A DNA stretch of 64,000 nucleotides from an uncultured Gammaproteobacteria bacterium (GTDB lineage Bacteria; Patescibacteriota; Patescibacteriia; SBBC01; CAIJZX01). The position numbers were made by a program, and so were the translations under genes. Positions 27,551-37,443 of this stretch are shown here, one piece after another. The stretch is taken from contig CAYLHT010000001.1 of NCBI GenBank assembly GCA_964383765.1, positions 100,998 through 164,997 of the forward strand, given 5' to 3'. The stretch's first letter is position 1, and every line of letters starts with the position of its first letter. The notes beneath the pieces were generated by a model. It was not told the DNA's origin. It saw only the letters and a list, made by a program, of their open reading frames with translations, and did not search any database.

Positions 27551-28240
27551 TTGTTCATCGAAAAAACTGTCCTTCCGGAGGTCCGGATGCCGAAAAACGG
27601 TTGGCGTTGGCTGGTGAAGTGTTTGATGTGCTGCATCTATGCCTGGTTGGCATGGCGCGGAGGTTTCTTCAAAGTTCTTCCTGAGTTGGGTGCCTTCCTT
27701 TCAGTTCAGCCATGGGTCGCCAGTCGCGGTTCAACCTTTTCAAGGTCTACGATAAGCGTTCTGCTTGGGCTGGCCGTGATTGACTTCATGGTCACGGTGG
27801 GGATTGCCAGGGCCATGTACTTCATCACCCAACTTCGGCGCGAGAAGTTCCCCACAGGCCGCGTCTTGCCCGAACAGTTTCCGAAACGGATGCTGCCGGT
27901 GATCGCGGTTGTGTGTGTGGTGTGCGAGGAGCTGATCTTTCGCGGGTTGTTGCTCGGTGTCGTATGGGGTATCCCTAGACTTCACACCCTGTCGATGTTT
28001 TGGATCTTGATGGTCATCGGAAATCTCTGCTGGGGGTTACTCCACCTCCCGAACTTCGAATTCAGCGCCGGTTGGCAGAAAGTTCCGACGGTGTTGATTC
28101 ACTGGGTCGCTGGATTCTGGTACAGCTTCGCATTTGTGAAGTATGGCTTACTGTCGGCCATCATCCTGCACCTGGCATACGATGGCATGTTGTCCGTCAG
28201 CCGGATCATACCGGCTGATAACGCCCCTACGAAAAGCTGA
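27551..28240 (+). CDS. CPBP family intramembrane glutamic endopeptidase (CAAX protease/Abi family)
   Basis: Motifs EELIFRG, LLHLPN and ILHLAYD across multiple TM helices. Confidence 0.7.
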   Translation: MFIEKTVLPEVRMPKNGWRWLVKCLMCCIYAWLAWRGGFFKVLPELGAFLSVQPWVASRGSTFSRSTISVLLGLAVIDFMVTVGIARAMYFITQLRREKFPTGRVLPEQFPKRMLPVIAVVCVVCEELIFRGLLLGVVWGIPRLHTLSMFWILMVIGNLCWGLLHLPNFEFSAGWQKVPTVLIHWVAGFWYSFAFVKYGLLSAIILHLAYDGMLSVSRIIPADNAPTKS

Positions 28241-28294
28241 AGGGGCGTTTTTATAAAAACCATCGGCTGTCGCCGATGGATACTTGTGTTCTGC

Positions 28295-28852
28295 CTAGTG
28301 CCCCCGTAGCTCCGGCGGGCGTTTGGGTAGGTCACGCGCGGCCAAGAACTTGGCGTCTTCGTAGTCTTGCCAGTCGGCCCAGTCACCCGGCGCTTGCAGG
28401 TGCTGTAACGGTTCTCGAATCAGCCGACGGCCCGAGAGCGGATAATGAGCTACGATTCGGTCGATCGTGACCTTCATACGTGAGGGGTCGATGGTGGAAG
28501 GCATCTCAGACACCAACCGGTCATGGATCGGCCCACGCGCGTCACGCTGATACTCGCCGTGGTTATCGAACGCGGTGAAACGCCCAATGTCGAGATACCA
28601 GACGTCCTCGGTCTGACTGGTGCCAATCGGTTGACCGGCGTAGATGAGGGTGTCGCTCAGCTCGGCGGTGACGATGGCGCTACTGTGCCGCTTCGGCTTG
28701 ACCACGCTCGAGGTGACCGACTCCGTCACGGGTCGACGCAATTCCGCTTGCGGAGCGAGCAAGTGGCTAACCGGTCGACCGGCCAGCAACCCAAACCCGA
28801 TCACCAGCGTGGTCAACATCGCAACTCTGATATTCGTGTTATGATCACGCAT
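28295..28852 (-). CDS. Hypothetical membrane-anchored protein
   Basis: 185 aa with an N-terminal TM helix and no recognisable domain. Confidence 0.45.
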   Translation of the reverse strand: MRDHNTNIRVAMLTTLVIGFGLLAGRPVSHLLAPQAELRRPVTESVTSSVVKPKRHSSAIVTAELSDTLIYAGQPIGTSQTEDVWYLDIGRFTAFDNHGEYQRDARGPIHDRLVSEMPSTIDPSRMKVTIDRIVAHYPLSGRRLIREPLQHLQAPGDWADWQDYEDAKFLAARDLPKRPPELRGH

Positions 28853-28984
28853 GGCGACCCCTTTCTGAGTGTCAGAGGAGATTCAAGGTGCTGCAAATTA
28901 CCCTAGTCCTACACCCGGGACCGAGGCATGTCAAGAATTTTCAAACTGGTCCCGAGAGCTGGGACCTATTCACCAACTCGACAG

Positions 28985-30433
28985 TTAAAGTCCCGATAAA
29001 TCAGTCACCGCTGCGGGCGGGGTTTGATCGAGACCGTTATATCCGAAATTAGCGTCGGTCACTTTCGTATCCCCGGTATTAACGAATTTGATGACGGTGG
29101 GCGTAGTGGGGCTAAACCCAGTCAGGGGCGGCGTGCCATAGTCGAGCGTGTCTGGCTCAACTTGCACCCACATGGTTGTCGAGGGGAGTTCCCCAAAGAA
29201 GAAGGATATCGGAATCCGGTAAGTACCGTACACGGGGTGAGCCCGGGTGCCCGTCATTCCGGTTTGGGTGGACATGAAGACGGTGTCGGTATTCGGGTCG
29301 AATTGTCCATCACCATTATCGACGAACAGGTTCACCACCAGATCACTCGACCCATTCTCCCAGGAATCAATTTTGCCATTTGAGTTTTCATCAATCCAGA
29401 CTCGACCCGAGACCTGAGCGGTTGATGTCGGTGAAAGAGTAAAAACATTATTCGGCCATGTCAGTCGTTCGAAGTCTAACCACCCACCACCCGAGCCGAC
29501 TCGGCCAAAATATTCAGTCCCAGCTTCATCGGTAAAGTATTCGGATGCATATTCATCGCCGCCGACAGCCGGTAAGTCGGTGTAGCCGGTGTACGGGCCA
29601 GTGATTGATGGTGCGGTGGCGTACTTCAAGCATTTAGAACTACGCCAAGCACAATTACCGGTCCAGACGAGCCACCAGGTTCCGTTGTGCTGAAAAACAT
29701 GAGGGGATTCAGCGGTGTACCCGCCAGTCGTGAAAATATATCCAGCATCAGACCAGGTGGTCAGGTCGGGCGAAGTCAGCAAACCCACGATGGCGGGGTT
29801 GGCGATCCCGGTCAGCGGATCCTGGTTGATCGTCTTCGCCCGAGTGGTGTAGAACATTAGCCACTGATTGTGTTCCGCGTCCCAGGTGACGTACGGATCA
29901 CGACATTCCGTGTTGTACCCGTTGGTATTCGGGTCCCAGTACACCCAGCTGACGGTTGAGCAATCGACCACCGGATTACCACTATCTTTTGTCCAGGTGG
30001 TGCCGTCTGGTGACGTGGCGTGACCGATTTGCTGGATTAAATGATTATTGCTGAGCTTCACCCCGGCGTACCACAAGTGATACACCCCCTGCGTCTGTAC
30101 CGTCGCGGGTGCCCAAACGTCATACGAATCCCAAGCACCGGTTGGACCGACCGGAATGGCTGGCCCAATATCGTTCCAGAGGATTAAGTCTTTGGAGGTC
30201 GAATGAATCAACCCTGGGCTACCCGGCCCGGCTGGATCGGGGTTGTAGTAGGCGTGAATGCCAATCAGATGCCAGGTATCACCGACCTTGAAGATCGTAA
30301 AGTCTTTAGTGCGGGTTCCATCCGATGCATAGTACGATCCGGCGTTGGCTGATCGGTCTCCGCCGAAGATGACAACCGAACAGACGAAGGCGAGGATCGT
30401 CAAAGTGATTCCAGTTCGTCGGGAGCTTTGCAT
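28985..30433 (-). CDS. Secreted glycoside hydrolase, 5-bladed beta-propeller furanosidase-like (GH32/43/68 superfamily) with C-terminal SdrD-B-like domain
   Basis: 482 aa with a signal peptide, repeated SPD/W-rich blade motifs, ECRDP, and VWIDENSNGKIDSWENG, a Ca-binding B-type repeat. Confidence 0.55.
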   Translation of the reverse strand: MQSSRRTGITLTILAFVCSVVIFGGDRSANAGSYYASDGTRTKDFTIFKVGDTWHLIGIHAYYNPDPAGPGSPGLIHSTSKDLILWNDIGPAIPVGPTGAWDSYDVWAPATVQTQGVYHLWYAGVKLSNNHLIQQIGHATSPDGTTWTKDSGNPVVDCSTVSWVYWDPNTNGYNTECRDPYVTWDAEHNQWLMFYTTRAKTINQDPLTGIANPAIVGLLTSPDLTTWSDAGYIFTTGGYTAESPHVFQHNGTWWLVWTGNCAWRSSKCLKYATAPSITGPYTGYTDLPAVGGDEYASEYFTDEAGTEYFGRVGSGGGWLDFERLTWPNNVFTLSPTSTAQVSGRVWIDENSNGKIDSWENGSSDLVVNLFVDNGDGQFDPNTDTVFMSTQTGMTGTRAHPVYGTYRIPISFFFGELPSTTMWVQVEPDTLDYGTPPLTGFSPTTPTVIKFVNTGDTKVTDANFGYNGLDQTPPAAVTDLSGL

Positions 30434-30582
30434 ATAATTATTTTACAGCATTTGCCACACTTCCCGAAATTGTCAGGATGAGATGAGTGCACGGTGCCCC
30501 CATCCTAATTGCAAAAACTCAAAAATCACAAGTTTTTGCGTTTCCTGTTCTCGGATTAAAAATTTCGAAGGATTTTCTCTGT

Positions 30583-30650
30583 TGGTCGGGGTACCGAGAC
30601 TCGAACTCGGGACCTCCTGCTCCCAAAGCAGGCGCGCTTCCAGGGCTTCA
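30583..30650 (-). pseudogene. Truncated tRNA-Pro(TGG)-like 3' fragment (D-stem 3' side through CCA)
   Basis: The reverse complement reads GCGC-G-CCTGC-TTTGGGA-GCAGG-AGGTC-CCGAG-TTCGAGT-CTCGG-TACCCCG-A-CCA. No complementary 5' acceptor strand is present; hairpins (GTCCCG-ATTA-CGGGAC etc.) lie upstream. Confidence 0.45.
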
Positions 30651-30759
30651 CCGTCCCGATTACGGGACAGGGCTCAGCCCGTCTCGGCGGTCGCGAGTGA
30701 AGCAGTTCACTCGCTGTTTCCGCCTCGACCCAACTTCGCTACTCGACATATGCCCGCAG

Positions 30760-30832
30760 TCGGGGCGGCGAGACTCGAACTCGCGGCCTCCTGCTCCCAA
30801 AGCAGGCGCGCTACCAACTGCGCCACGCCCCG
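30760..30832 (-). tRNA. tRNA-Pro (anticodon TGG)
   Basis: The reverse complement has acceptor CGGGGCG/CGCCCCG, D-arm GCGC-AGTTGGTA-GCGC, anticodon stem CCTGC/GCAGG with loop TTTGGGA, and T-arm GCGAG-TTCGAGT-CTCGC. Confidence 0.85.
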
Positions 30833-30855
30833 ACAGCGGGCACTTACACGTGCGG

Positions 30856-30929
30856 TGCGCCCTGAGGGATTCGAACCCCCGGCCTTCTGGTCCGAAGCCA
30901 GACGCTCTGATCCGCTGAGCTAAGGGCGC
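30856..30929 (-). tRNA. tRNA-Arg (anticodon TCG)
   Basis: The reverse complement has acceptor GCGCCCT/AGGGCGC, D-arm GCTC-AGCGGATCA-GAGC, anticodon stem TCTGG/CCAGA with loop CTTCGGA, and T-loop TTCGAAT. Confidence 0.75.
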
Positions 30930-31023
30930 AAGCGTGGCGTACCGTACCATGAATTATTTCTTTTTTCAAGACGAGGGCCGCCGCGTAACACGCGGCGGCC
31001 CAATTTCGAAGTATGATCTTATG

Positions 31024-31563
31024 TTATTTCCACGCCCCCAAGATCAACCCCATCACAATCAAGGTCACGAGTTGATTAAAGTAATTGATCCACAATAACT
31101 TCCACGGCCGGCCCTCGAAGACGTAAGCAACTTTCATGACTGGCAAAATAATGCCAATCCCGATCGCGAGCGCCAGCATCACGCCGTCCATGGCCGTCGC
31201 GTCCGTATAAATCTTGTGAATGAACCACGACAGTGTCAGAGCCTCGACAAAAGCGCCAATGATGGCAACTGCATAGCCCTTGGATGCGCCCTTTTTTAAG
31301 TCAGCTTCTTGCTTGCCAATCAACGCCATCCAGGCTTTGGCAAACCCAACCTTTGAATACCAGGCTGCGCCGATGACCATAGCGCTGATCATCGCCACCA
31401 GCACCGCCAAATAATTTATGGAAACGCCGTACAACATATGTGCTAATGAGTAAATAAGCGCCTTCAGCATATCGTGTTTGCCGGGGAACCACAAACCTCG
31501 TAGAATGTCAGCATGGAGGCTGACAAAAACCAAGCTGAATACAAGCGCTACGTTGAAGAACAT
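31024..31563 (-). CDS. Hypothetical polytopic membrane protein
   Basis: 179 aa with 4-5 predicted TM helices. Confidence 0.45.
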   Translation of the reverse strand: MFFNVALVFSLVFVSLHADILRGLWFPGKHDMLKALIYSLAHMLYGVSINYLAVLVAMISAMVIGAAWYSKVGFAKAWMALIGKQEADLKKGASKGYAVAIIGAFVEALTLSWFIHKIYTDATAMDGVMLALAIGIGIILPVMKVAYVFEGRPWKLLWINYFNQLVTLIVMGLILGAWK

Positions 31564-31866
31564 TTGGCTGACTTAATGCCGGTTTTTGCCAACGCCTCGG
31601 TTGGAGATTTTTCGAAAGACGTGAAACTTCCGGCGACGGATGACGCCTTCGCCGAGATGTACGCCGGGGTCCAGATGATGTTGGACGTGATTCGAGAAAA
31701 AATCAGTGATCTGGAAAGGGCCAATGCCGATTTAGCGAACAAAATTCATGATTTGGAACGCCTGAATAAGTTCATGATTGGCCGGGAGTTACGCATGCGA
31801 GAGCTCAAACAGGCTTTGGCCCTCGCGCAGCAAGAACTGCAACGTTTCAAGTCTCCATCGGCATGA
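31513..31866 (+). CDS. Hypothetical coiled-coil protein translationally coupled (ATGA overlap) to the sensor kinase
   Basis: 117 aa; its stop overlaps the kinase ATG. It also overlaps the end of the convergent membrane gene, so it is uncertain. Confidence 0.3.
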   Translation: MEADKNQAEYKRYVEEHLADLMPVFANASVGDFSKDVKLPATDDAFAEMYAGVQMMLDVIREKISDLERANADLANKIHDLERLNKFMIGRELRMRELKQALALAQQELQRFKSPSA

Positions 31867-34058
31867 CGCGCCCTAAATACATCGCCGCAGTGCTCGGATT
31901 GGCCGCGGTCTACATCGTGGCAGCGAAGTTAGGTTTGTCGTTAGCATACACCACCAAACAAGTCACGACCGTTTGGCCCCCGACAGGAATTGCATTAGCG
32001 GTACTGTTACTTGGTGGACGTCGTCTGTGGCCCGGGGTGTTTATTGGCGCACTCGTCAGCAACTATCTCACCCATGAACCGCTCTGGGTCGCGATCGGGA
32101 TTGCCATCGGGAACACACTCGAGGCGTATCTCGGCGCAACCTGGTTGCGGCAATTCCGTGGTTGGCGCGATCAACTTGACCGGATCCGCGACGTCTTCGC
32201 TCTGCTCATTTACGCTGGGTTATTTGCCACCGCGGTCAGCGCCACCTTCGGCATTTCCAGTTTGATGTTGGGCGGACTGCTGAGCAGTCAGGCGGCGTTT
32301 AGCGCCTGGATCACGTGGTGGTTTGGGGACATGGCTGGGGCTTTGATCATCGCTCCACTCATCTTGATCTGGTCAAACTCGACCGCCCGGAAACGTTTAG
32401 GCAAGTCCACCATCGAAACCGTGATTTTATTCGTGATGCTCAGCCGCTTAACCTTCGTGATCTTTACTCGTAACGTCCACCAACAAGTCTTACTGGTCCC
32501 GGCCTACCTGATTCCGTACGTGATCTGGGCGGCGTTGCGACTACGACAAATTGGCTCGGTCACGGCGACGATGTTGATCGCGGTGGTAGCGGTCATCGGT
32601 ACGACGCACGGGCTGGGCCCGTTTTCGGTCCAGTCGCAAGTTGAAGTTAATTTACTTTTGTTGCAAGTCTTTATGCTGGTGATCAGCATGACCGGCCTGG
32701 TGCTTTCGGCGGCGGTGTCGGAACGTGACCAAGCAGAAGCGGACTTGCGGGAAGACCGGACGGAACTTCGGTTAGTCAACGAACGTTTGCAACAAGCCCT
32801 CTCGAGCGGAAAACACAACGAGCAGCACCTGTCCCAAACGGTCAAAGAACTGGAACGCACCAAAAAAGCCATGATGAATATCATGGAAGATCTTGAGCAC
32901 GACCGCGCCAGTACGGCCAAGGAACAATCCCAAGATGAAGCCATGCTGATGGCCATCGGAGATGGATTGGTGGTGATTGATGAAGACGCCAAGGTGGTGC
33001 TCGTGAATGAAGCCTTTGAACACTTGACCGGCTGGAGCGGTCAGGAGGCGCTCGGCAAGCCGATTTTTGAAGTTCTGCCAGCCCAAAATGAACACGGCGA
33101 CGCGGTCGCGAATGATCGTCGGCCATACACCAAGGTGCTCGAGACCGGGAAAACCGTCACGACCCGACTCGACGCCGCACCGTACTACTACGTGCGCAAA
33201 AACGGAGAGCGTTTCCCGGTGGCCATCACCGTCACGCCAATGATGCTCGGCGGAAAAATCGCGGGGACGGTCAACGTCTTTCGAGATATTACCCACGAGC
33301 TTGACATGAACCGCGCCAAAAGCGAATTCGTTTCGCTCGCTTCCCATGAGTTGCGGACCCCCCTAACGATCGTGCGCTGGTCAATCGATATGCTCAAGAG
33401 GTACACCGGAAAACTCAACCCGGCCCAACTGAAATATGTGAATGCGATAGAACAGACTGGATTGGATATGGTTAATCTGGTCGATGCGCTGCTCAACGTC
33501 TCAAGGATTGAGATGGGTACCCTGATGATCGAGCCCGAACCAACAAAACTCGATGAGCTTCTCTCCAAGGTCCTGACCGAATTCCAGCCCTTGATCGCAT
33601 CCAAGCGATTACGGATCCGCCAATCTGTTCCCCCATCTCTGCCGTCGATCCGACTTGATCGTCAACTGGTCCGGATGGCGATAACAAATTTGTTGACGAA
33701 CGCCATCAAATACACACCCGCCGGCGGGCAGATTACGATTGAAATTGAGATCGAGTCCGACCGGGTGGTGGTGACCGTGACGGACACTGGGTATGGGATT
33801 CCGACGAAAGAGCAGCCCAGGATTTTCGAAAAATTATTCCGGGCCGACAACATCAAGGAGTTTGAACCCCACGGGACTGGGCTGGGGTTGTACATCGCCC
33901 GGGCCGTGGTCGAACAGTCCGGCGGAAAAATGTGGTTTGAATCGGAAGAAAATCGAGGCTCCTCGTTTCACTTTTGGCTGCCACGCACTGGGGTAGCTGC
34001 CCGAGCCGGTTCCAAAACCTTACAGACGAGCTCACCCTCACCGAAATTACCGACCTGA
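31863..34058 (+). CDS. Sensor histidine kinase (MASE1 membrane sensor, coiled coil, PAS, HisKA, HATPase_c)
   Basis: 731 aa with an N-terminal MASE1-like polytopic region, the PAS region GDGLVVIDEDAKVVLVNEAFEHLTGW, the H-box SHELRTPLT, and N, G1 and G2 boxes. Confidence 0.85.
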   Translation: MTRPKYIAAVLGLAAVYIVAAKLGLSLAYTTKQVTTVWPPTGIALAVLLLGGRRLWPGVFIGALVSNYLTHEPLWVAIGIAIGNTLEAYLGATWLRQFRGWRDQLDRIRDVFALLIYAGLFATAVSATFGISSLMLGGLLSSQAAFSAWITWWFGDMAGALIIAPLILIWSNSTARKRLGKSTIETVILFVMLSRLTFVIFTRNVHQQVLLVPAYLIPYVIWAALRLRQIGSVTATMLIAVVAVIGTTHGLGPFSVQSQVEVNLLLLQVFMLVISMTGLVLSAAVSERDQAEADLREDRTELRLVNERLQQALSSGKHNEQHLSQTVKELERTKKAMMNIMEDLEHDRASTAKEQSQDEAMLMAIGDGLVVIDEDAKVVLVNEAFEHLTGWSGQEALGKPIFEVLPAQNEHGDAVANDRRPYTKVLETGKTVTTRLDAAPYYYVRKNGERFPVAITVTPMMLGGKIAGTVNVFRDITHELDMNRAKSEFVSLASHELRTPLTIVRWSIDMLKRYTGKLNPAQLKYVNAIEQTGLDMVNLVDALLNVSRIEMGTLMIEPEPTKLDELLSKVLTEFQPLIASKRLRIRQSVPPSLPSIRLDRQLVRMAITNLLTNAIKYTPAGGQITIEIEIESDRVVVTVTDTGYGIPTKEQPRIFEKLFRADNIKEFEPHGTGLGLYIARAVVEQSGGKMWFESEENRGSSFHFWLPRTGVAARAGSKTLQTSSPSPKLPT

Positions 34059-34197
34059 GTTGCCCAGCCCCACTTTTCGAAAAAATGGCTATTGATCAAA
34101 TCGAAATATGTTGAAGTGACCTTCCAAAATGTACTTATCAGTTCATCAGAAAGTCGAGCTGGGTTGACCCTGATACATTGTATGCTACACTCGTGAT

Positions 34198-34584
34198 ATG
34201 ACAACGACCAACGGAAAAACCGTCTTAATTGTTGAGGACGAATCCCTGCTCTTGCAGGCGCTGGTCGATGCGTTTTCAGCCGAAGGTTTTTCCACGCTCG
34301 GTGCCGGAGATGGGCAAGAAGGATTATCCGTCGCGCGGCAAAAGCATCCCGACATTATTCTGCTGGATGTGATTATGCCGAAGATGGATGGAATGGCGAT
34401 GTTGAAAGAGTTGCGAACGGACGCGTGGGGTAAGGCCGTGCCGGTCATTATCTTGACGAACTTGAGTGATTACCGAACAGTCGCGGATGCGCTTGGTCAC
34501 GGGGTCCACGATTTCCTGGTCAAAAGTGATTGGGAAATCAACGATGTCGTTACGGCGGTAAAGCAAAAATTAGACATTAAATAG
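34198..34584 (+). CDS. Response regulator, stand-alone receiver domain
   Basis: 128 aa with KTVLIVEDESLL...DIILLDVIMPKMDG...K, a CheY-like fold. Confidence 0.85.
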   Translation: MTTTNGKTVLIVEDESLLLQALVDAFSAEGFSTLGAGDGQEGLSVARQKHPDIILLDVIMPKMDGMAMLKELRTDAWGKAVPVIILTNLSDYRTVADALGHGVHDFLVKSDWEINDVVTAVKQKLDIK

Positions 34585-34692
34585 ACCGGCGCGTGACAGC
34601 TGCTCTACCCCCGGTTCGCCAGGGCGCTTTGTGGTCAGCTATGCTATTGTCTACCAACTTGTAAGAGTTATCCACTCCCTGCGTCTTCTACT

Positions 34693-35196
34693 ATGTCCGA
34701 CTCGGCTAATCAACACTTTCGCCGGCTGTACGAGTCGTACAGCGATGCTATTTTCCGCCATTGTTACTACCGGTTGAACGACCGGGAACGGGCCCTCGAT
34801 TTGGTCCAAGATACTTTTTTGCGGACCTGGCAGTACCTCGGCGCCGGCCATACCATCGACAATATGCGTGCCTTCCTCTACCGGGTAGCCAACAACCTCA
34901 TCATTGACGACCGTCGCAAGAAACAGTTGCTGTCGCTTGACCAACTGAAAGAAGACGGATTCGAACCGGCCAGCAACGCCGACCAGCGATTAAAAAATAC
35001 CATCGAAGCTGGCGATGTTTTGTCGACGCTCAATCGGCTTGAGCCGAACGAGCGGGAGGTTGTCCTCATGCGCTACGTCAACGATTTGAAGCCCAAAGAA
35101 ATCGCCGAGATTCTCGACGAATCGCCCAACGTCATTTCCGTGCGCCTCCATCGCGCCGTTAAACATTTACGTGAAATCCTCCGAACCCATGAATAA
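34693..35196 (+). CDS. RNA polymerase ECF-type sigma factor (sigma-70 regions 2 and 4)
   Basis: 167 aa with LVQDTFLRTWQYL (region 2) and region 4 EREVVLMRYVNDLKPKEIAEIL. Confidence 0.85.
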   Translation: MSDSANQHFRRLYESYSDAIFRHCYYRLNDRERALDLVQDTFLRTWQYLGAGHTIDNMRAFLYRVANNLIIDDRRKKQLLSLDQLKEDGFEPASNADQRLKNTIEAGDVLSTLNRLEPNEREVVLMRYVNDLKPKEIAEILDESPNVISVRLHRAVKHLREILRTHE

Positions 35197-36169
35197 TCTC
35201 AACCGCTGGTTTTCCCCGCTGCGGGCTGCGAAGCTCACGTCTGATGAACGTCAAAAGCACTGGGCGGTACTTCGTGCGGCCATGCACACCACGCCGCTTG
35301 ACCGTTGGCCAAGTTCACCAATTTGGTTGCGGTGGTCACTCTGGCGAGTTGCGGCCGTGACTGCCGCCGTAGCGATGGTGTTTGATGTTGGCGCTGGCTT
35401 TGCGATTGCGGCTAGTCGGAGTTTACCCGGCGATCGACTGTATGGGGTTAAAGTCAACGTCCTGGAACCGGTCGAATCAACCCTAGCCGTGACTCCGGCC
35501 GCCCAAGCTCGTGTAGCGTTGCATCAAGTTCAACGTCGCTTAGATGAGGCCGAACAATTGCAGCGGCAAGATAAGTTAACCGAGCAACACGATCATGACT
35601 TATCGGTTCACATCACCCAACGCAGCCAAGCCCTGGAGCGGGCCGCGGCTGAGTTAGAGGTGAAAGACAAGACCGACGTGGCCGATGACGTGACGCAACA
35701 GCTCCAGGTGACCCTCGAGAAACATGCCAAGGATTTGAAGGGTGATGAGCATCCTTCGGTCAACCCACCGGTGACCGTCAATGATTTGTCTAACGCCATT
35801 CAACATCAACAACAAGCTTCGGTGGATGGCAAGTGCCAAGCCGCGAAGAATAAACTCAGCGAGGTCCAACGGTTGCTTGATCGCCAATCGAGCGATCTCA
35901 AAGTTGAGACCGTGGCAAACCTGACTGCCCAAATCACAACACTGACGTCGAACATTGCTGATATTACGCAAACGATCCAGTCCCAAGGTTTGGCCGCCAC
36001 CTTCCGGCAGTGCCAGCAAACCCTGCGTTCCCTCCAAATGATTCAGAAAACGATTCAGCATAGCAAACAGCCGGCGACCACGGTCAATCAGAGCATCGAC
36101 AGCCACGCCAATGAAAATGCTTCGGTCAGTCTTAATCTGAACGTCGAAACCAAGCGGCAGAACGACTGA
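35189..36169 (+). CDS. Putative anti-sigma factor (single TM, DUF5667-like extracytoplasmic domain)
   Basis: It overlaps the sigma gene stop. It has a TM helix, an LPGDRLYGVK motif and a long Q-rich coiled coil. The start could alternatively be GTG 35171. Confidence 0.5.
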   Translation: MNNLNRWFSPLRAAKLTSDERQKHWAVLRAAMHTTPLDRWPSSPIWLRWSLWRVAAVTAAVAMVFDVGAGFAIAASRSLPGDRLYGVKVNVLEPVESTLAVTPAAQARVALHQVQRRLDEAEQLQRQDKLTEQHDHDLSVHITQRSQALERAAAELEVKDKTDVADDVTQQLQVTLEKHAKDLKGDEHPSVNPPVTVNDLSNAIQHQQQASVDGKCQAAKNKLSEVQRLLDRQSSDLKVETVANLTAQITTLTSNIADITQTIQSQGLAATFRQCQQTLRSLQMIQKTIQHSKQPATTVNQSIDSHANENASVSLNLNVETKRQND

Positions 36170-36188
36170 GGTGTGCTAGACTTCGGGA

Positions 36189-36521
36189 ATGCCCCGGGGT
36201 CAAAATCTATATTTCAAAATCTACACCCAGGTTCGCCGAATTCCCAAGGGTAAAGTCGCGACCTATGGCCAGATCGCCGCGCTCTGCGGTTCACCGCGGG
36301 CCGCGCAAGTCGTGGGTTGGGCTTTGCGTGCTCTCAAACCCAATTCGAAAATCCCATGGCAGCGCGTGATTAACCAGGCGGGCATGATTTCGATTGAGAA
36401 CATGGATGCGCCGAAGGAGCTGCAAGTGAAATTACTACAACAAGAAGGCGTCGATGTAACCCGGCGCGAAGGAAATTTTTGGGTTGACTTGAAAAAATTC
36501 GGCTGGCAACCTACAGTGTAA
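36189..36521 (+). CDS. Alkyltransferase-like protein (ATL; MGMT-fold DNA-binding domain lacking the active-site Cys)
   Basis: 110 aa with IPKGKVATYGQIAALCGSPRAAQVVGWAL and PWQRV in place of the MGMT PCHRV. Confidence 0.7.
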   Translation: MPRGQNLYFKIYTQVRRIPKGKVATYGQIAALCGSPRAAQVVGWALRALKPNSKIPWQRVINQAGMISIENMDAPKELQVKLLQQEGVDVTRREGNFWVDLKKFGWQPTV

Positions 36522-36714
36522 TTCCGCGGGTATCGTATATCGGTATTACCTCAGCTTTCCAAGCTGATGAGAGGAGTTCGACTCTCCTTACCCGCTCCGC
36601 GCGTCATCGCGCCCATCGGCCTACGCAAACTCGTGTTGCGAATTTGCTCCGCCCTCCGAGCGCGTGCTGCTCTTCCCCGCCAAGCAAATCCTTGGCGGGG
36701 ACCCCAAGAAAAAC

Positions 36715-37441
36715 TATGGCTGAATACCTTTTCCCACTTAAGGATCGAAAGGACGTCTGCGAAGGAACGATGGCGTTTTGGTTTGACACCTCCAGCGCAC
36801 CAGATTTTACCTTTGAACCGGGTCAGAATGCTGATTACACATTGGTTGACCCACCGGAAACCGATCAAGAAGGCAATATGCGTACGTTTTCGTTCGCTGC
36901 CTCGCCGAGCCACAAAGGAACGATCATGATCACCACCCGGATGCGTGATACAGCTTTTAAGCGGTCGCTGAAAACTATGCCACTCGGTACGAAGGTCAAA
37001 GTTGTGGCGCCGCTCGGAAACATGATTCTGCACAGCGACACAAATATCCCGGCGGTGATGTTGGCCGGGGGAATTGGCATTACCCCGTTTCGGAGTATGA
37101 TCGAATGGGCGGCCGAAACCAAAGATCAAAACCAGATTCACTTGCTCTACTCTAACCGCACGCTGCCGCTAACCGCTTTTCACGAAGATTTATTGGCCTG
37201 GTCAACCTCCAACCAGAATTTTCACTACCACCCAATTCTGTCTGATGAACAACCCCCAAATTGGACTGGTGAATCCGGCCGAATCGATATGTCGATGATC
37301 AAGAAATTTATTCCGGACGTGAATGCGGTGATATTCTATTTGGCTGGACCAGACCCGATGGTCTTAGCGATGCGGAAAATGCTGATTGAAGGCGGAATCG
37401 TTAAAGACCATATCAAACTCGAAGCCTTTACCGGGTATTGA
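36715..37441 (+). CDS. FAD/NAD(P)-binding oxidoreductase, ferredoxin-NADP reductase-like
   Basis: The FAD-binding RTFSFAS motif and the NAD-binding GGIGITP motif. The start is chosen at MAEYLFPLK. Confidence 0.7.
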
Positions 37442-37443
37442 GA

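Noticed and set aside
10305-30930. Integrative element (attL/attR) explanation for the partial tRNA copies
   Set aside because: No integrase, recombinase or excisionase gene is present anywhere in the window. The nested rather than direct-repeat geometry at 10.3-10.9 kb also does not fit classical tRNA-targeted integration. It is retained only as a possible relic for the tRNA-Pro fragment.
36560-36600. CUGAUGA hammerhead-ribozyme-like core (AGCTGATGAGAGGAG...)
   Set aside because: Stem II can be drawn but the obligatory GAAA/cleavage-site elements are absent downstream.
36551-37141. Minus-strand 196-aa ORF
   Set aside because: It is antisense to the FNR-like oxidoreductase, which has clear FAD/NAD motifs.
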